Origin: Chthonomonadales bacterium
GTDB taxonomy: Bacteria > Armatimonadota > Chthonomonadetes > Chthonomonadales > Chthonomonadaceae
DNA length: 20,111 nucleotides
Direction: 5' to 3'
Assembly: GCA_038217285.1 (NCBI GenBank)
Contig: JBBQPO010000089.1
Location: 1 to 20,111, forward strand
Shown here: piece by piece, positions 1-8,433 of the stretch
Layout: the number at the start of each line of letters is the position of its first letter
How positions within the stretch are numbered: position 1 is the stretch's first letter
Program-made: the position numbers and the translations under genes
Notes under the pieces: generated by a model
The model's input: only the letters and a program-made list of their open reading frames with translations
Database searches by the model: none
What the model was told of the DNA's origin: nothing

Positions 1-188
1 TGGAAAAACCGCCCTCTTCGGGCGTTTCTGCGGCTTCCGTCGCGGCCTAAAGCCGCCGGGAAGCAACAACCAGACGGGCAAGGAAGCTACTCGGTAATGC
101 CGAGACGCTTGGTGTCGTCAGTCGGATAGTCTAAACGTCAAATACGAGACGGCCATGCCTGAACCAATAGGCGACCAACCTTTCCACA

Positions 189-197
189 ATTATACCA
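189..197 (-). promoter_or_regulatory. Extended -10 sigma70-type promoter (TGgTATAAT) firing leftwards
   Basis: Reverse complement of 189-197 is TGGTATAAT, a perfect TGn-TATAAT. No clear -35 seen. Confidence 0.55.
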
Positions 198-682
198 TCA
201 CACCCGTCCCGCAACGCGCAGGACGGATGTGGTCTGCTTTTGTCTTATTCGGGAGAACATTCCAATCATCAATGAGTTAGAAGCCGAACCGTGAAATAGA
301 TAGACTGCACCCAACGCTTGATTCTGAAACAACGGATTGACCATGTGCAGATGGGCAGACGTTTTGGGAGCGAAGTACAATCGTCTATCGACTGCCCGAG
401 GCGAAAATCGAGAGGTTCGGGAACAATTCGCGGGACGCTGAGGTACACTGTAATTGTGAACTGCTTTCCGCAGGCCGTCCCCACGCTCTGCTACTGACAG
501 GTAAGTCATTTCAAACAAATCCCCCCATCGTTTCGAGGCTGAGACTGCGTTTCGAATCGAAACCGTTGTGCTGTCTATGTCGGTGAAGAACGTCTACCGG
601 CGGCGCACCAGTCCTTACTTTCCCGAAACGTCGGGGTTTTAAGCCGTGCTCGATTCGCATCGAGGAAGGGAGTTTCCGCGCG

Positions 683-2095
683 ATGTCCTTTACTATTTCT
701 TTACGCCGCCTGCCCGCGCTCGTCGGAGCCGTCGGGACACTGGCGGCTTCGCTATCGGGTTGTGGCGGCGGCTCGAGCCCCGGTCCCATTACACAGCCGC
801 CTCCTGGGCGAGGAGCCTGTGAGGCGAATGTAGCGCACACGGACGGACGGGCGCGATGGACGGTTCTCATCTATATGAACGCCGCCAACAACCTCCAGCC
901 CGATAGCCTGCTCAATGTCGGGCAGATGGCCTCCGTCGGCTCCGACGCCAATGTCAATATCGTTTTGCAGTGGAAGCAGACGATCGCCAGCCAGATCAAC
1001 AATCCTTTCGGCGACGACACGCCCTCCTTCGTCGGGACACGCCGCTATCTGATCCACAAGCATACAGGGGCGGATGTCAACAACATCGAGAACAGCCACG
1101 ACACCACCTCGCTCGATCCCGACCGGCTGCCCGACCCGAGCACGAACACCCTGGACTCCTCCATCGGTGCGCAGAGCTCCGACATGGGTAACATCAACAC
1201 CCTGGCCAACTTCATACAGTGGGGAGTCAGCACCTATCCGGCAGACAATATCGCTGTCGTGATCTGGAATCACGGCTCTGGCTGGCGTCCGGTCTACAAC
1301 AGCAGCCGCGCGGCCTCCATCGGCGCTCTGCCGAAGATCAACGTGCGGGGGCGGCGCGCCTTTTCGCAGGACGACAACTCGCGCAACGAGATCCAGACCT
1401 GGGAACTGCCGTCCGCCTTCGTCGGCCTGGCCGCGCCTGTAGACGCGCTGGTGTTCGATGCCTCGCTGGAGCAGATGATGGAAGTCGCCTATCAGGATCG
1501 CAAGCTGGCACGGATCCAGGTCGGCTCCGAGGAGAGCCCGCCCGGCCGCGGTTATCCATACGACAAATGGCTGACCGACCTGAAGACCAGCGGCAAAAAT
1601 CCTTGTGACCTGGCCGGCAACATCGTGCAGGAGTTCGTCAACGTCTATTCGGGACAGACGGGGATCACGCAGTCTTATGTCGATCTCTCGAAAATGGACA
1701 ATGTCCGCGCCGCGCTGGACGCATTGGGGGCCTCTCTGCTGACGCATATCAACGATCAGGCCGCCGTCATCGCCGGCGCCCGCGTCAATGCCGCCCACTA
1801 CGGCGAGGGAGCGTCGCTCTACGAAGGCTTCATCGATCTGAACGGGTTCGCCGACGGCATTGCGACTACCTCCACCCGGCCCGATCTCCAGGCGGCTGCC
1901 AAGGCCGTCAAAGCGGCGCTGGTAGGCGCCAACGGCGCGATCCTTCTAAATGGGGGGGGCAGCGACGAGGCGAACTCGCACGGTCTGTCTGTCTACGTCC
2001 CGTCTCCCGGCAACTATCTGCCCGCCTACGGCTCTCTGTCGCTGGCGGCAGATGCGCCCCATTGGCGGCAGTTCCTCCAGGCGCAAGTGCAGTAG
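683..2095 (+). CDS. Clostripain-related peptidase (family C11) lipoprotein with Ser at the catalytic Cys position
   Basis: Signal peptide with lipobox LSG-C27 and a G/S/P linker. C11 motifs WTVLIYMNAANNL, DMG...TLANFIQWG...YPA, VVIWNHGSGW (catalytic His), FDAS-LEQMMEVAY (normally FDAC-LM) and GSEESPPGRGYPY. Confidence 0.85.
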   Translation: MSFTISLRRLPALVGAVGTLAASLSGCGGGSSPGPITQPPPGRGACEANVAHTDGRARWTVLIYMNAANNLQPDSLLNVGQMASVGSDANVNIVLQWKQTIASQINNPFGDDTPSFVGTRRYLIHKHTGADVNNIENSHDTTSLDPDRLPDPSTNTLDSSIGAQSSDMGNINTLANFIQWGVSTYPADNIAVVIWNHGSGWRPVYNSSRAASIGALPKINVRGRRAFSQDDNSRNEIQTWELPSAFVGLAAPVDALVFDASLEQMMEVAYQDRKLARIQVGSEESPPGRGYPYDKWLTDLKTSGKNPCDLAGNIVQEFVNVYSGQTGITQSYVDLSKMDNVRAALDALGASLLTHINDQAAVIAGARVNAAHYGEGASLYEGFIDLNGFADGIATTSTRPDLQAAAKAVKAALVGANGAILLNGGGSDEANSHGLSVYVPSPGNYLPAYGSLSLAADAPHWRQFLQAQVQ

Positions 2096-2157
2096 CCTCA
2101 GCGCTAAAAGGCTCGCCGCACAGCCGTGCGGCGAGCGAAAGGCAGTGCCGTTTCTCC

Positions 2158-3162
2158 GTGAATGTACTCGGTATCGAAACCAGTTGTGATGAGACCTCCG
2201 CCGCCATCGTGACGGACGGGCGGGAGATAAGGGCCAATATCGTGGCGAGTCAGGCCGATCTCCATGCCCGCTACGGCGGCGTCGTGCCGGAGGTCGCCTC
2301 ACGCAAGCATGTCGAACGCATGCTGCCCGTTGCACAGGACGCGCTCGATGCGGCCGGGATGACCTATCGGGATCTGAACGCTATCGCTGTCACCAACCGT
2401 CCCGGCCTGCTGGGAGCACTGCTGGTCGGCGTCTCGTATGCCAAGTCCCTCGCCTATGCCCTCGATCTTCCGGTCGTCGCGGTACACCATCTCGAAGGGC
2501 ATGTCTATTCCAACTTCCTCGCCGCCCCCGATCTCGTCGATGCCTTCCCGCTGCTCGTCCTGATCGTCTCCGGAGGTCATACCCAGATCGTGCGCATGGA
2601 CGGTCACGGGCAGTACGCGCTGCTGGGCCGGACCCGAGACGATGCCGCCGGAGAGGCGTTCGACAAGAGCGCGCGACTGCTCGGCCTGCCCTATCCCGGC
2701 GGCCCGAACGTCGCGCGTCTGGCCGAACAAGGCGATCCAAAGCGTGTGGCCTTTCCGCGGGCGCTGCTGGGAGACAGTCTGGATTTCAGCTTCAGCGGCC
2801 TCAAAACCTCGCTCCGCACCTTCGTGGCAAAAGACGGCGGGCAGACCGCTCTGCCCGATGTCGCCGCCAGCCTCCAGGCCGCGATCGTCGATGTCCTCAC
2901 CGAAAAGATGCGCCGCGCCGCCCTCCGAACCGGCATTCGCACACTCTGCATCGCCGGGGGAGTGGCGGCCAATCAGCGCCTCACCGTCGTCATGCAGAAG
3001 ATGGCCGACGCGACAGGCTGTCGTCTGGTTGTTCCCGACCCCCTTCTCTGCACCGATAACGCCGCCATGATCGCCGCTGCAGGCTACTTCCGCCTGCTCT
3101 CACATGCCCCTGATGCGCTCTCCTTCGATACTCTCGCGACCTCCCCTATGGGCGAAATCTGA
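2158..3162 (+). CDS. tsaD: tRNA N6-adenosine threonylcarbamoyltransferase TsaD
   Basis: GTG start at 2158, 334 aa. Motifs LGIETSCDET, GGVVPEVASRKH, HHLEGH, VSGGHT, TRDDAAGEAFDK, FSFSGLKT, GGVAAN and CTDNAAMIA. Confidence 0.97.
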   Translation: MNVLGIETSCDETSAAIVTDGREIRANIVASQADLHARYGGVVPEVASRKHVERMLPVAQDALDAAGMTYRDLNAIAVTNRPGLLGALLVGVSYAKSLAYALDLPVVAVHHLEGHVYSNFLAAPDLVDAFPLLVLIVSGGHTQIVRMDGHGQYALLGRTRDDAAGEAFDKSARLLGLPYPGGPNVARLAEQGDPKRVAFPRALLGDSLDFSFSGLKTSLRTFVAKDGGQTALPDVAASLQAAIVDVLTEKMRRAALRTGIRTLCIAGGVAANQRLTVVMQKMADATGCRLVVPDPLLCTDNAAMIAAAGYFRLLSHAPDALSFDTLATSPMGEI

Positions 3163-3163
3163 T

Positions 3164-3193
3164 CCCCCGTCCCCTTCCCGAGACGCAAAGAGG
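3164..3193 (+). repeat. REP-like dispersed repeat, degenerate copy
   Basis: GTCCCCTTCCCGAGACG (3169-3185) is identical to 7549-7565. Both copies lie immediately after a TGA stop codon. Confidence 0.6.
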
Positions 3194-3231
3194 CACCTGG
3201 ACAACGCACGGCCTCGTTGTCTTTGCCTCTT
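3188..3231. terminator. Hairpin between convergent tsaD and receiver gene (possible bidirectional terminator)
   Basis: AAGAGGCA(3188-3195)/TGCCTCTT(3224-3231) enclosing GACAACG(3200-3206)/CGTTGTC(3215-3221). No strong U-tract. Confidence 0.4.
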
Positions 3232-3266
3232 CTTCGGTTCCTGACTTCGTTGCGAAAAATAAAATT

Positions 3267-3644
3267 TTAGGGCGTTGTGAGGAGGACGTTAAGAAGGGCG
3301 GAGAGCGACTTAAAGGAGAACGGCTTGCGGAGGATTTTGACGACGTTGGCAGGCAGTTCGGAGGGGTCCGGGTCGTGTCCGGTCGCGATGACGATGGGCA
3401 GATGGGGATGTGTCTCGTTGAGAGTTTGCGCGACGGTGAGGCCAGAAATATCCGGTAGCGTCATATCCAGCACGACCAGGTGAATAGTCTGCGTTTCGAT
3501 CAGCGCCAGGGCGCTCGCTCCGGTGTTCGCTTCCACCACCTGGAAGCCTTTCGGGGTCATTGCTTGCCGGAACAGATCGGTGAGCAGCTTATCGTCGTCC
3601 ACAATAAGCACGATCGGTTGTTCTGATGGCAAAAGCGGCTCCAT
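3267..3644 (-). CDS. Single-domain response regulator (CheY-like receiver)
   Basis: ATG at 3644 preceded by GGAGG, 125 aa. Motifs VLIVDDD, LVVLDMTLPD (phosphoacceptor), VIATG and LRKPF. The longer 4169 start in the ORF track overlaps other genes. Confidence 0.9.
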   Translation of the reverse strand: MEPLLPSEQPIVLIVDDDKLLTDLFRQAMTPKGFQVVEANTGASALALIETQTIHLVVLDMTLPDISGLTVAQTLNETHPHLPIVIATGHDPDPSELPANVVKILRKPFSFKSLSALLNVLLTTP

Positions 3645-3759
3645 ACTTGCCTCCGTCACGAGAGTTAAGTGCTTGTATGAAAGCCCTTTCTCGTCACCGG
3701 ACGACATTTCCTGCATTTTAGCGCAGACTTCCCTCTCCCTTCCCCAACTTGTCTGCTTC

Positions 3760-3987
3760 CTACCTCTTTTTCCTGTCGGGTTTGGGGCGCAGGATGTCGA
3801 AGGCCGTTTCGCCGGTCTCCAGCATGCGGGCGAGATAGGGGCGACAGAGGCCGCACCCGCTCCCGCACCCGACCGCCGCCGTGATGTCGGCGACGGTCTG
3901 CCAGTGATTCTGTTCCGCCAGACCCTGTAACTCCACGAAGGAGTGCGGGTAGCACATACAGGCACGAATGGGTTTTTCTGGGAGCAT
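3760..3987 (-). CDS. BFD-like (2Fe-2S)-binding small protein
   Basis: 75 aa from ATG 3987, 10 nt downstream of the prepilin-like stop. C-M-C followed by GCGSGCGLCRPY matches the bacterioferritin-associated ferredoxin Cys pattern. Confidence 0.8.
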   Translation of the reverse strand: MLPEKPIRACMCYPHSFVELQGLAEQNHWQTVADITAAVGCGSGCGLCRPYLARMLETGETAFDILRPKPDRKKR

Positions 3988-3997
3988 GGGGCGAGCC

Positions 3998-4759
3998 TTA
4001 CTGGCGGGTGAACAAGGCGTCGGTGACCTGTGTCTGCCGCATCCCCTTGACGTGCCCGTCTGCGAAGACGATGTCGGCAAACCCCTGGTGCGTAACGGTC
4101 TGGGCGGTGGTATCCACGACTTTGCGGTTGTCCACATGCCGGAAGTCCATCGTCGGATTGCCGTACCACTGCGAGGGTGGATCGACGGCCGGCGTCTCCT
4201 GCATGGTGCTGTTTCCGCCGTACCAGGGCGTATCGAAATAGCCGGCGTCGGCGAACATGATCTTATCCGAGGAGGAGCTCAAGGCAGCGAGCGTGGCGGG
4301 ATTGACAGGCGGAAAGGTGTAGGAATCGTAGTAGTCGGAGCCCAGATAACCCCAGTTGTAGCCATAGCCGTTGCCATCGCCGAACTTCGCTTTGCCGCTC
4401 CAGCTCGGGCAGCGCTGAATCTGCCCGTTTTTCATATAGGGATAGAGGAGGCCCTTCGTTTTGTCCCACCCGGTCGCCGTCCGCAGCCCGAACCAGTACT
4501 GATAACAGGTGTAGCCCTGACAGTCCGCATACTGATACATCGGGTAGGTTTCATCGTAGTCCTGCAGGTACATCATAGCGGAGAGCCCGATCTGACGCAG
4601 GTTGCTCTGGCAACTCGCCTGCCGCGCCTTTTCCCGTGCCTGCGCGAAGACAGGGAACAGGATCGCGGCCAGAATGGCGATGATAGCGATCACAACAAGC
4701 AGCTCTATGAGGGTAAATGCGGAGCGCCGCGCCCCAGTCTTTTGAATCGTCAAGGTCAT
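3998..4759 (-). CDS. Prepilin-type N-terminal cleavage/methylation protein (DUF1559-like) with C-terminal H-X9-DG motif
   Basis: Basic leader [56 protein letters not shown]-terminal [15 protein letters not shown]. Confidence 0.93.
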   Translation of the reverse strand: MTLTIQKTGARRSAFTLIELLVVIAIIAILAAILFPVFAQAREKARQASCQSNLRQIGLSAMMYLQDYDETYPMYQYADCQGYTCYQYWFGLRTATGWDKTKGLLYPYMKNGQIQRCPSWSGKAKFGDGNGYGYNWGYLGSDYYDSYTFPPVNPATLAALSSSSDKIMFADAGYFDTPWYGGNSTMQETPAVDPPSQWYGNPTMDFRHVDNRKVVDTTAQTVTHQGFADIVFADGHVKGMRQTQVTDALFTRQ

Positions 4760-4839
4760 AACAGTATTGCCGGCTCCTCTTCCGGTATCGTCTCCATGCG
4801 TTTCGCCTCTCCTCGGAGGAGGAGCGCCAAGTCAGACAT

Positions 4840-4892
4840 AAAAAAACCATCCTTGAGGCTCGACCCGCAGGTCGTATCCTCGTTTGGATGGT
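4840..4892 (-). terminator. Intrinsic terminator in the leader of the prepilin-like gene (riboswitch expression platform)
   Basis: Minus strand reads CCATCC-aaac-GAGG-ata-CGACC-tgcg-GGTCG-ag-CCTC-aa-GGATGG-TTTTTTT: a long interrupted hairpin followed by a U7 tract. Confidence 0.8.
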
Positions 4893-4999
4893 GATGACAG
4901 CGCCAAATAAGCGCCCATGTCGCCCGTACTGTCAGCCGTTATGGCCCGCCGGACAACGTGTTCATCACCCCCTTTCTTTCGAAGAGGTCAACGTGACGT

Positions 5000-5130
5000 A
5001 TCGCAGGCGGGCATTCGGACTCGGGGATTTTCGAGGATCGAAAATCGCCACACCGTAGCGGGACTGTGCCGGATTCACACCGGACTTCCCCCGTATTTCA
5101 ACCGCGACTTAAGAGCGCGGCCACTGCGAC
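5000..5130 (-). promoter_or_regulatory. Cobalamin (B12) riboswitch aptamer
   Basis: Minus strand contains GGGGGAAGTCCGGTGTGAATCCGGCACAGTCCCGCTACGGTG (5092-5051) and the B12 box GAGTCCGAATGCCCGCC (5022-5006), closed by GTCGCAG/CTGCGAT. CGG/CCG replaces the usual CTG/CAG pairing compensatorily. The downstream hairpin ACCTCTT-cgaaagaa-AGGGGGT (4988-4967) may be the P13 element. Confidence 0.9.
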
Positions 5131-5155
5131 GAAAACATGATTTAATTGTACGCAC

Positions 5156-5185
5156 AGTATGGCAGGCTTTTGCCCGTTCTGTCAA
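5156..5185 (-). promoter_or_regulatory. Candidate sigma70 promoter for the riboswitch leader
   Basis: TTGACA(5185-5180)-18 nt-CATACT(5161-5156) preceded by TGn. An alternative -10 TACAAT lies at 5150-5145. Confidence 0.45.
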
Positions 5186-5357
5186 TTCTTGCCTGGACGG
5201 CAGCGTCATTCCTGACGATAGGGGAGGACTCGACGCGGCCCACGCCGAAAATCATCCCGGTTGAAATCTTTGCCGGTAGTCTCAGATCGAAAATTAATTG
5301 AAGAGTCTCGCGCGGCCTGTGCGAGAGTCTGTGCAGCCGCATCACGAAAGGAATCCC

Positions 5358-6656
5358 ATGCCTAAAATAGCGCTGATCGGAGCCGGAAGCACCGTCTTCG
5401 CGAAGAATCTGCTCGGAGATATTCTCTCCTTTCCCGAACTCGCCGGGAGCCACATCGCCCTGATGGACATCAATGATGAGCGGCTGAAGACCTCGTCCGT
5501 CGTGGCGCATAAGGTGGCGGAGGCGGTGGGGGCGAAGCCGGAGATCACGACCCATACCGACCGGTTGACCGCCCTCGACGGCGCGGACTATGCCATTAAC
5601 ATGATCCAGGTGGCGGGTTACAAGCCGGGCACCGAGATCGATTTCGAGATCCCGAAGAAGTACGGTCTGCGCCAGACCATCGCCGACACCCTCGGCATCG
5701 GCGGCATCATGCGGGCGCTGCGAACGATCCCGGTCATGCTCGATATGTGCCACGACATGGAGGCCGTCGCCTCGCCCGACCTGACGTTTCTCAACTATGT
5801 CAACCCCATGTGCATGAACACCTGGGCCGTCACGAAGGCGACGAAGGTCAAGACGGTCGGCCTCTGCCATAGTGTGCAGGGCACTGCGGAGCAGCTCGCG
5901 CACGACATCAACGTGCCCATCGCAGAGATCAACTACCTTTGCGCGGGGATCAACCACATGGCGTTCTACCTCAAATTCGAGCGCGACGGCGAAGACCTCT
6001 ATCCGCTCATTCGCGACGTTGTCACCGAAGGACGAATTCCTGACGGGAACCGCGTTCGGTATGAGATGCTGACGCGTCTGGGCTATTTTGTGACGGAGAG
6101 CAGCGAGCACTTCGCCGAGTACACCCCGTACTTCATTCGCCGCGACCGCCCCGACTTGATCGAGCGGTTCAACGTGCCGCTCGACGAGTATATCCGCCGC
6201 TGCGAAAACCAGATCGCGGGCTGGCACAAGATGAAGGCCGAATACGAGAGCGACGCCCCCATCGACGTGAAGCGCAGCCATGAGTACGGCTCACTTATCA
6301 TCCACAGCATCGAGACCGGCACCCCTCGCGTGGTCTACGGTAATGTCGCCAACGAAGGCCTGATCGACAACCTGCCGCAGGGCTGCTGCGTCGAGCTGCC
6401 GGTCCTCGTCGATAAGAACGGCCTGCAGCCCACGAAGATCGGCGCGATCCCGCCGCAGCTCGCTGCCCTCATGCAGACCAATATCAACGTCCAGTCGCTG
6501 ACGGTCGAAGCCGCACTGACGGGCAAAAAGGAGCATGTCTATCACGCCGCCATGTTCGACCCACACACCTCCGCCGAACTGACCCTCGACGAAATCTACA
6601 GCATGGTAGACGAACTCCTGATCGCGCATGGCGACTTCATCCCACCCCTGCACTGA
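5358..6656 (+). CDS. melA: Glycoside hydrolase family 4 alpha-galactosidase/alpha-glucosidase (MelA-like, NAD+/Mn2+-dependent)
   Basis: ATG 5358 after GAAAGGA, 432 aa. Motifs KIALIGAGSTVF, IPKKYGLRQTIADTLGIGGIMRALRT, NYVNP, GLCHSVQGT, AGINHMA and FVTESSEHFAEY. Confidence 0.9.
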   Translation: MPKIALIGAGSTVFAKNLLGDILSFPELAGSHIALMDINDERLKTSSVVAHKVAEAVGAKPEITTHTDRLTALDGADYAINMIQVAGYKPGTEIDFEIPKKYGLRQTIADTLGIGGIMRALRTIPVMLDMCHDMEAVASPDLTFLNYVNPMCMNTWAVTKATKVKTVGLCHSVQGTAEQLAHDINVPIAEINYLCAGINHMAFYLKFERDGEDLYPLIRDVVTEGRIPDGNRVRYEMLTRLGYFVTESSEHFAEYTPYFIRRDRPDLIERFNVPLDEYIRRCENQIAGWHKMKAEYESDAPIDVKRSHEYGSLIIHSIETGTPRVVYGNVANEGLIDNLPQGCCVELPVLVDKNGLQPTKIGAIPPQLAALMQTNINVQSLTVEAALTGKKEHVYHAAMFDPHTSAELTLDEIYSMVDELLIAHGDFIPPLH

Positions 6657-6793
6657 GCTGTCTCTCTTCTCGCTGCCTACATTGCGGAAATGGGCCGAAG
6701 CCTCTCGGCCCATGGCAGGAATGTCAGAGGCACACTTCAGGCGATTGCAACGGGGAAATTGGGTCGTCAGGCCTGTCGGAGCAGGAAGGGCTG

Positions 6794-6802
6794 TGCTATA
6801 AT
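6794..6802 (+). promoter_or_regulatory. Extended -10 promoter upstream of the acyltransferase
   Basis: TGCTATAAT about 50 nt upstream of the ATG. SD GGAGGAG at 6834-6840. Confidence 0.55.
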
Positions 6803-6849
6803 CTCCTCTAGAGATCGGTGCTATGGCACGGTTGGAGGAGAGAAGTCTC

Positions 6850-7542
6850 ATGCCCTACTGGTTGATTCGGCCCCTCGCCTGGGTCGTTTTTCATCTGGCC
6901 TACCTACTGTTCGGAGGCGTCCGCTTCGAGGGACGCGAATATGTGCCGAAAACGGGTGGCGTCCTGATTACACCCAATCATATCAGCGATGCCGACCCGC
7001 CCACGGTCGCTATCGCGCTGCCGCGGGACTGCTGGGTGATGGCGAAAGAAGAGATTTTCGCCATGCCTATCATTGGACCGCTCAGTCGCTGGCTGCACGG
7101 CTTTCCGGTGAAACGCTACACGGCGGATCGAACCGCCCTGCGCCGGGCTGAGGATCTGCTGAAGCAGGGCGAAGCCGTCGTGATCTTCCCCGAAGGCAAA
7201 CTCAGCGTGGACGGCCAGATGCAGCCGATGCTGCCGGGTGTGCTGCTCATCGCCAAAAGTGCGGACGTCGTCATCATCCCAACCGTATTATTAGGAACAA
7301 CCCGTATTATTCCCTACGGTTCCGTGATCCCGCGGCCCGCATGGAAGCGCACCATCGTGCGCTTCGGTCCGCCCGTCACCGTCGCGGATCTCACGGGCGG
7401 CGGTAAAGGCAGCGCAGCCATGCATCGCGGCGCCGAGCGCCTGCGCGAGCTGATGCTGGCTCTGCAGCGGGGCGAACCCTATCCTGAGATAGCCCGGGCG
7501 GCGGCCCCGGAACAGGCGGCAGAGTCCCCGCCCGGTACCTGA
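6850..7542 (+). CDS. plsC: 1-acyl-sn-glycerol-3-phosphate acyltransferase (PlsC family)
   Basis: 230 aa from ATG 6850. NHISDAD (HX4D), MAKEEIF, GFPVKR, IFPEG, VRFGPP. Confidence 0.85.
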   Translation: MPYWLIRPLAWVVFHLAYLLFGGVRFEGREYVPKTGGVLITPNHISDADPPTVAIALPRDCWVMAKEEIFAMPIIGPLSRWLHGFPVKRYTADRTALRRAEDLLKQGEAVVIFPEGKLSVDGQMQPMLPGVLLIAKSADVVIIPTVLLGTTRIIPYGSVIPRPAWKRTIVRFGPPVTVADLTGGGKGSAAMHRGAERLRELMLALQRGEPYPEIARAAAPEQAAESPPGT

Positions 7543-7575
7543 CCCCCGGTCCCCTTCCCGAGACGGGAAGAGGAC
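7543..7575 (+). repeat. REP-like palindromic repeat
   Basis: CCCCCG-GTCC-C-CTTCCCG-aga-CGGGAAG-A-GGAC hairpin immediately after the plsC stop. Shares 17 identical nt with 3169-3185. Confidence 0.65.
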
Positions 7576-7606
7576 GCGGGTTTAGGTAGAGTGAAAGGAA
7601 CGAACT

Positions 7607-8077
7607 ATGGAATCGACGCTGAACGCATCGCCTGCAGACCGGGAACGCCCACTCGTCCTTATCGCGGAGGATATGGGGCTGATGGTCCGCCTGATGACCC
7701 TGCATCTGGAACGCGCCGGATGCGACGTGATCGCGGTCCCGGACGGGAACCAGGCGCTTGACCACAGCTTCGCGGATCTCCCGGACTTGATCCTGTTGGA
7801 TGTCGAGATGCCCGGTCAGAACGGCTTCCAGGTGCTTGACAAGCTGCGCAAAAACGACGCCACCCGCCAGATTCCGATCATCATGCTGACGGCGCATGCC
7901 AAGGATGAGCCACTGTTTGCGGAATGGGCTGAATCCGCCGACCTCTTCATGACCAAGCCCTTTGCACCCAGTGTACTGGTAGCGGCAGTGCAGCGCATTC
8001 TTGGGATGAGGCCGAAGGGAAGCGAGCAGCAGCAGCCTGAACCGTTCAATCCGGCACACTTTCAGGGTAAACTATAG
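7607..8077 (+). CDS. Single-domain response regulator (receiver)
   Basis: SD AAAGGA. Motifs VLIAEDMG, LILLDVEMPG, IMLTA and FMTKPF. Short C-terminal tail, no output domain. Confidence 0.9.
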   Translation: MESTLNASPADRERPLVLIAEDMGLMVRLMTLHLERAGCDVIAVPDGNQALDHSFADLPDLILLDVEMPGQNGFQVLDKLRKNDATRQIPIIMLTAHAKDEPLFAEWAESADLFMTKPFAPSVLVAAVQRILGMRPKGSEQQQPEPFNPAHFQGKL

Positions 8078-8157
8078 AACGCTCGTGGACGATAGATGCG
8101 AACGGGCGTTCCGTGTGCCGAACCAGCGAAACCAAATTTCCGAGGAGGAACTACATA

Positions 8158-8421
8158 ATGGCGTATGTTATAACCGAACCCTGTATCTCCGCAAAAGACA
8201 AGTCCTGTGTCTCCGTTTGCCCGGTGGACTGCATCCACGAGGGCGTCGCGCAGGAAGGTGGCCACACGATCGATATGCTCTTCATCAACCCTGATGAGTG
8301 CATCGACTGCGGACTCTGCGAGCCGGAATGCCCGGTGACCGCTATTTTCGCCGACAGCGACGTTCCCAAACAGTGGGAAAACTACATCCAACTGAACGCC
8401 AACTTCTTCCGCGGAAAGTAG
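8158..8421 (+). CDS. Ferredoxin (FdxA-like, [3Fe-4S]/[4Fe-4S] type)
   Basis: ATG 8158 after GAGGAGG, 87 aa. MAYVITEPC..KDKSCVSVCPVDCIH and INPDECIDCGLCEPECPVTAIF. Confidence 0.93.
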   Translation: MAYVITEPCISAKDKSCVSVCPVDCIHEGVAQEGGHTIDMLFINPDECIDCGLCEPECPVTAIFADSDVPKQWENYIQLNANFFRGK

Positions 8422-8433
8422 GCAGCTTCTCCG

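Noticed and set aside
68-130. ZMP/ZTP (pfl) riboswitch on the minus strand (CGACTGACG ... CCCGTCTGG)
   Set aside because: The P1/P2 GTGG..CCAC element and the GCC..GGC P3 stem are absent, so only short motif resemblance remains.
198-518. Short minus-strand ORFs in the 200-680 intergenic region
   Set aside because: Atypical codon usage, no SD and no recognisable motifs.
549-563. GTTTCGA-A-TCGAAAC palindrome upstream of the C11 gene
   Set aside because: Arms of 7 bp can arise by chance, and there is no second copy or promoter context to support a function.
3180-3200. c-di-GMP-I riboswitch (GACGCAAAG here; GGCCTAAA at 44-51)
   Set aside because: The motifs are isolated, without the P2 GNRA hairpin and P3 context, and this one lies between convergent genes.
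3645-4169. N-terminal extension or fusion of the receiver protein (300-aa ORF)
   Set aside because: It overlaps the BFD-like and prepilin genes in other frames. A good GGAGG SD supports the ATG at 3644.
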